From positions 1 to 55,308 of the forward strand of contig JBDGPX010000042.1 of assembly GCA_042219475.1 (NCBI GenBank): 55,308 nucleotides of DNA. Reading direction: 5' to 3'. This stretch comes from Halobacteriales archaeon (GTDB taxonomy: Archaea > Halobacteriota > Halobacteria > Halobacteriales > Hikarchaeaceae). Positions 50,817 through 55,308 of the stretch are shown here, in pieces. The translations under genes were made by a program, and so were the position numbers. The first letter of the stretch is position 1, and each line of letters begins with the position of its first letter. Below the pieces are notes generated by a model. That model did no database searches. It saw only the letters and a list, made by a program, of their open reading frames with translations, and was not told where the DNA came from.

Positions 50817-51509
50817 ATGGCCTATGACATGCAAAGCGCACAGGTCGTCTTCGAAGTCGCCGATCCGGCGGCCGAACGATCGTTCCTCCGAACGTACCTG
50901 ACCTCGGCGTGGGACCGCCTGTACGCCCACGAATCCTTCGATCGAGGCTGGTTCTGGCGGTTCGGAACGACCGCTCAACATGGATCGATCGAACTCGAAG
51001 GCGGAACAACGGTCGAGGATGGTGGGATCATCCTCGTGTTGAACGGCGATCCGACGCCCGAACCGGTAATCGAAGCAGAACGGCCCCGATGGAGCGAACT
51101 CAAAGCGACAGGGGCGATCGACGACTGGGCGGTGACGTGGTTTCATCCCGAATATGAAAATGCCCGCGAGAAGGCGATTCAGCAGTTCGGGGCGGTGGGC
51201 GGTGATCGAACCTACCGGTTGCGACCGCTGGCAGCCGAACTCACGTTACTCGTCATCGAGGAATTCGACGAGCGACTCCCGGCCGTCGGATCAGTATCCG
51301 ACGACAATCCAGTTCCAGTCGGGTACTGGACGGTGATCCATTATCTGATGAAACAACAAGGGTATGACTGGTACGACGAGATCGAAGCGTGTCGGCAGGC
51401 CATCGAGAACCGAATCCGATCGTTAGCGTCGTTTCACGGTGACACCACCGCCGAAGAGGCGGTAACGTCGGTCATCGAGGAGCTCGAAGCCATCGAACTC
51501 GACGGTTAA
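50817..51509 (+). CDS. Hypothetical protein, possibly lantibiotic dehydratase C-terminal / thiopeptide biosynthesis-like domain
   Basis: WFWRF, FHPEYE...FG..GG and HYLMKQQG resemble the family motifs FFIRY, YEPE..RYGG and HM..NRLG. Confidence 0.55.
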   Translation: MAYDMQSAQVVFEVADPAAERSFLRTYLTSAWDRLYAHESFDRGWFWRFGTTAQHGSIELEGGTTVEDGGIILVLNGDPTPEPVIEAERPRWSELKATGAIDDWAVTWFHPEYENAREKAIQQFGAVGGDRTYRLRPLAAELTLLVIEEFDERLPAVGSVSDDNPVPVGYWTVIHYLMKQQGYDWYDEIEACRQAIENRIRSLASFHGDTTAEEAVTSVIEELEAIELDG

Positions 51510-51631
51510 CACTGCCGTCGGATGGTGTATCGGAGTCACCGAGCCTGATCAGACGGCCCACGCATCGCGTTGTTTCGCAGTGGCTTCAGGCGGCGACTGT
51601 GAACACGGGAGACCATGATTCCCGGTAAGAA

Positions 51632-52234
51632 TCAAAACGACACGTTCGTTTCGAGACCCTCAGTCGCCTCCTCGAGTCCGTCCTCTTGGATGTCCTCGGT
51701 CATCCGATCAGCGATTTCACGGTCGTGGAGGATAGCCTCGAATTCGTCCTGGAATCGTTCGCCAACCGTCCGGATCTCGTCTTGGACCTCAACGATATGG
51801 CGGTACCGTCTAACGGTCGATTCGCTGACATCGAGTTCGTCGGCGATCTCGCCGGTCGATCGATCGTCGGCGAGTAACTCACGGAGCGTATCGAGATCGA
51901 ATGGGGCATCCAGATCACGATCGCGAAGTAAATGGAGATCGATTCGGGCCCGGATAACCGCCTTCGTACTGATATCGGTTTCGAGTTCGCGGGCGATGTC
52001 CGCATCGCTATGGCCGGCGTAGAACCCACGAACAATGGTCACGAGTGCATCGGTCGAAAGGGAGGTCCGGAAGGAATACCGCTCGCGCATCGTCTCAACG
52101 ACCGACCGGAGGCGATCGTCGATCTCCTCGTCCGAGGCGAGCGATCCATGGGTCTCCTCTTGGGTTTCCGTCACCGTTTCCTCGTCGGCGACGTCAAGGA
52201 AGATATCCCGGAGTTCCTCGGTCTTTTCATCCAT
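51632..52234 (-). CDS. Conserved haloarchaeal HTH protein (conditioned medium-induced protein 4-like)
   Basis: MDEKTEELRDIF N-terminus, two HTH segments, DGLEEATEGLETNVSF C-terminus. Confidence 0.8.
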   Translation of the reverse strand: MDEKTEELRDIFLDVADEETVTETQEETHGSLASDEEIDDRLRSVVETMRERYSFRTSLSTDALVTIVRGFYAGHSDADIARELETDISTKAVIRARIDLHLLRDRDLDAPFDLDTLRELLADDRSTGEIADELDVSESTVRRYRHIVEVQDEIRTVGERFQDEFEAILHDREIADRMTEDIQEDGLEEATEGLETNVSF

Positions 52235-52401
52235 TGGGATAGCTTAGGATAGAGGTTGAGGGTCTATAAAAAACCGTCGGTGAGTATCGGCCCACAAAAG
52301 GCCAGCAGGAAAGGGGACAGAGAGTAACGATCGATTAATGCTAAGCGTTGGCTCAGGGACACAATGATTATTAGGCTGCCCGGGAACGGCAACAAAGAGG
52401 G

Positions 52402-53916
52402 ATGGCAGTTTCAACGGGGAGTCGTGTACTCGATCGGATGTTAGACGGGGGATTTCCAGAACAACGATCAGTCTTAGTGACGGGTGGACCAGGAGTCGGC
52501 AAGAGTACCCTCGGGATGCAGTTCCTCCAAGAAGGGTTGAAAACCGATGAAGAGTGTCTGTATGTCAGCACCGAACAGACCACCGAAGAGATCAGATCGT
52601 CCTTCGAGAACTTCACGTTCGATTTCGAACACCAGAACCTGACGATCGGTTCGATCCACGCTCGGTCGGGCAAGACACTCGAAACAGGAGCCGAAGAGTT
52701 GACTCTTCAAACGTTGGAGGGGGACGAGATGCTTGGCGGCGGCTACTCCGCCCCTCTTGAATCTCAATACGTCGAGGAGTATCTCACCCGATTCGGCCCC
52801 TGTGATCGGATCGTCTTCGACAGCGTGTCCGGACTGAATCTCATCAGCGAAGATCCCTACGAATTCAGACGGACAGTATTGGATCTCATCCGGTTGTTCG
52901 CCGACGAATTTGAAGCGACAACGATATTCACGGCGGAAGGATTCAATCCCGACGGCGAGCCCGCAGGTGGCCCGAGCATCACGACATCGGATGTCCTGGA
53001 GTTTGCAACACACGGTGTGATCCGCATGTGGTGGGAGCGGATCCAGGGCAACCGGCGCCGCCAGCTTCAGATCCTCAAGATGCGGGGCATCGATCACGAC
53101 ACCCGTGAATACGAAGTCAGCATCGGCGACGAAGGGATCAATTTGACCCCACATATCCGGTCAGGGGGACAGATGTACGGCGATTTAGAGCTGATCCCGA
53201 CCGGAATCAAAGGAATGGATCGACTCTGTGGCGGGCTTGTCAAAGGGAGCGGGGTATTGCTCGAACACGACGGCCGGGCCTTGGTTGACGGGCTAGTCGT
53301 CGGAATGGCTGTCAGCGCGTTCAAAAACGGGCTTGGGGTGTGGCTGGTGCCCTCACCATCGCTGACACCGAGCCGGGTCGAACGGATGCTTCCATCGGAT
53401 GTTGGGACGGTCGAGGGGCTGTTAGAGAAAGACCGCCTGTTCGTATTAGATTCGTTCAGCATCTGGAACGAACACGCCGACAACCGAAACGTCTATTTAG
53501 CGAGCACGGGCGGTCCGTTCAAACGACTCCTAGGGAAGAGTAGCTTCATGTCGAAAACGTTTGTCAAACGCGTACTTAGAGAAATCAGCAACCGACGGGA
53601 CGAAGCCGTACTCGCAACCGTGTATACCGAGGCATTTCTCAGATGGTTCGACGCTCCCGAAGTCCGTGAACTCTACTACTGGGCCCGTGAATCCGTCTCG
53701 TTCCCCAATGATATCGTCGTCTATATTCACAATCCCTCGACGATGGAAGAGAAACTCGCCGAGTTCTTTGTTTACGACGCCCAAGAGATGTTCCGGACCT
53801 GGAAGGAAGATAGCGGTATCCAGTATCTCCGGGCAGAAAAAACGCCAGAGGGTGATACTGGTGCGCTCGGTGTCGTCGACCATACAGAAGCGGAACCGTT
53901 CGTTCGGATCGATTAA
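52402..53916 (+). CDS. KaiC/RAD55-like RecA-superfamily ATPase with two domains; second domain degenerate
   Basis: STG..LD.ML.GG, GGPGVGKS, RIVFDS, KMRG; second repeat PTGIKGMDRLCGG lacks Walker A. Confidence 0.9.
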   Translation: MAVSTGSRVLDRMLDGGFPEQRSVLVTGGPGVGKSTLGMQFLQEGLKTDEECLYVSTEQTTEEIRSSFENFTFDFEHQNLTIGSIHARSGKTLETGAEELTLQTLEGDEMLGGGYSAPLESQYVEEYLTRFGPCDRIVFDSVSGLNLISEDPYEFRRTVLDLIRLFADEFEATTIFTAEGFNPDGEPAGGPSITTSDVLEFATHGVIRMWWERIQGNRRRQLQILKMRGIDHDTREYEVSIGDEGINLTPHIRSGGQMYGDLELIPTGIKGMDRLCGGLVKGSGVLLEHDGRALVDGLVVGMAVSAFKNGLGVWLVPSPSLTPSRVERMLPSDVGTVEGLLEKDRLFVLDSFSIWNEHADNRNVYLASTGGPFKRLLGKSSFMSKTFVKRVLREISNRRDEAVLATVYTEAFLRWFDAPEVRELYYWARESVSFPNDIVVYIHNPSTMEEKLAEFFVYDAQEMFRTWKEDSGIQYLRAEKTPEGDTGALGVVDHTEAEPFVRID

Positions 53917-53990
53917 GCGAAACGCCGATCTGATATTGGTATCAACACACATCGCTGCCGTCACGGGATCATTGGATGTTAGATGTCCAA

Positions 53991-54998
53991 TCAGATCCAG
54001 CCGCGTGCCGAGAGGAAATACCGGAGGACGATTTCCATACCCTCACAGTAGTCCGCAATGACGAAATCATCGATTTCGTCGGATGCCTCTTTGAGTTCGT
54101 CGTATTGGTTCTGCCATTCTGAGAGGAAGAAATCCTCCACATCGGCGTCTTTAATCGCCGTGACAATTTCATCGTGCTTCGCCGAATCACGCGTTCGTTC
54201 GAGTTCCTTCAGGTCTTCAAGATCGATAATCCCTTCCTCAAGAGCATAGACGACGGGACCTGAGGAGAAGTCATACTCGGTGAGTTCACGTTCCCAGGTC
54301 GCGATCCAGTTGCCGATCCGTGCCATGAGTTGTGCGTGCCAAATCGCATCCCGTAGCGGGGCAAGGTCTTCGGTCTCCATCCCTGGAGAGTACATCAGAT
54401 CGATATCGGCATACGAGAACATCATGACATTATGTGTATCGTGCTGGACGATCTCGCGATACGTCGAAATACCGGGATAGAGACTCATCAGGTAGGAATA
54501 TTCGATCGCATCGAACGCCTGCTTGGTGTCGAATTGAAACAAGGGCATATATACATGAGAGTTCGGCGCCGCGTTGAGTCGTGTTTCAAGTGTCGACCAG
54601 ACCCGCTGGGAGAACTCGAGATAATCTGTGCGGACACCCTCATGATCGAAATCGACCGACTGGCTGGGGTGAGGGATTTTCGTGATCTCTTCATACGTCG
54701 CCCGATCACGGTCCTTCTCCAAGACGTCATCAGCAAGGGTGATGAACATGGTGGCGATGGTCTTGACTTTTCGTACGTCGGAGACGTGTTCCTTCGGGAC
54801 GAAATCGAGGGTAAACTCCGGCGTTAGCGAGTGAATCCACCGCCACAGGAACGGATCTCGACTGCCTTCGAGAGTATCGTAATCCTCCACTAATGCAGCC
54901 AGGTCTGCCGGGAGAGTATGCTCAGCGACCTCCTTCATCAGATCAGTCGCTTTCTCTGAATCGGCAAATTCGGCTATACTCTCCGCCTCCGCACCCAT
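53991..54998 (-). CDS. Class I isoprenoid/terpene synthase-like protein
   Basis: All-helical acidic protein; LADDVLE (DDxxE), RIGNWIATWERE (NSE/DTE-like), C-terminal RY. Confidence 0.65.
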   Translation of the reverse strand: MGAEAESIAEFADSEKATDLMKEVAEHTLPADLAALVEDYDTLEGSRDPFLWRWIHSLTPEFTLDFVPKEHVSDVRKVKTIATMFITLADDVLEKDRDRATYEEITKIPHPSQSVDFDHEGVRTDYLEFSQRVWSTLETRLNAAPNSHVYMPLFQFDTKQAFDAIEYSYLMSLYPGISTYREIVQHDTHNVMMFSYADIDLMYSPGMETEDLAPLRDAIWHAQLMARIGNWIATWERELTEYDFSSGPVVYALEEGIIDLEDLKELERTRDSAKHDEIVTAIKDADVEDFFLSEWQNQYDELKEASDEIDDFVIADYCEGMEIVLRYFLSARGWI

Positions 54999-55088
54999 AG
55001 ATCTGTTTTAATGGTAGATTGTCCGGTACATTTATACCTTGGTGTAGTTCGAAACAAAAGAACAATTCCCCAATCAATCCTCTGAAGA

Positions 55089-55147
55089 ATCAGCATTTAG
55101 AGCTGATCTTTCTGCCAATTATATCATTTGAAGCTGATACGATCAGC
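55089..55147. promoter_or_regulatory. Putative operator: two inverted pairs of ATCAGC/GCTGAT
   Basis: ATCAGC-N7-GCTGAT (55089-55107) and GCTGAT-N3-ATCAGC (55133-55147) in an AT-rich region upstream of the terpene-synthase-like gene. Confidence 0.45.
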
Positions 55148-55308
55148 ATTTTAATCAGGTATTATTGAGTTCATCATTGTCTCTGTTCGGCAAAGAGACC
55201 AATACTCGGCGGATGAGCACCGACTCAAGCGTACCGGACGCGAGTTCGATAGCAGGTGCTGTCTGCACTGTTGGTGGAAACTGAGATATTCTCTGCCGTC
55301 CTCTGGAG

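Noticed and set aside
52402-53916. True circadian kaiC
   Set aside because: The second domain lacks Walker A and there is no kaiA/kaiB in the window.
55150-55308. Possible 3' end of a minus-strand gene at the window edge
   Set aside because: No frame gives a recognisable protein.
1-55308. CRISPR array, tRNA or rRNA genes
   Set aside because: No regularly spaced repeats or cloverleaf/rRNA signatures seen in the intergenic regions by eye.

Overview
GC-rich haloarchaeal (Halobacteria-like) chromosomal window, judged from the acidic proteins, TFB, MCM, PibD and halophile-type 2Fe-2S ferredoxin. It is mostly core genes: cobB/cobQ, mcm with two inteins, tfb, ileS, prs, glmM-like, hisI/hisA/hisB, pibD, fdx, upp and a Sua5/TsaC gene. 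Small accessory modules are interspersed. The window opens in the 3' end of an IS200/IS605 tnpB element, including its overlapping omegaRNA and TCAA right end. The most striking unexplained feature is a ~375-bp protein-free IS200/IS605-type element (43684-44058). It carries only a structurally conserved omegaRNA, and its predicted guide (TAACCGATAG...) matches the 10 nt directly after a TTGAT motif at its own left boundary. Other highlights are a class I terpene-synthase-like gene beside a half-degenerate KaiC-like ATPase, a receiver/HEAT/processive GT2 operon, an orphan lantibiotic-dehydratase-C-terminal-like protein, and strong GATCGATC enrichment. All family assignments come from motifs read by eye; no database search was run. 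No rRNA, tRNA or CRISPR array was seen.
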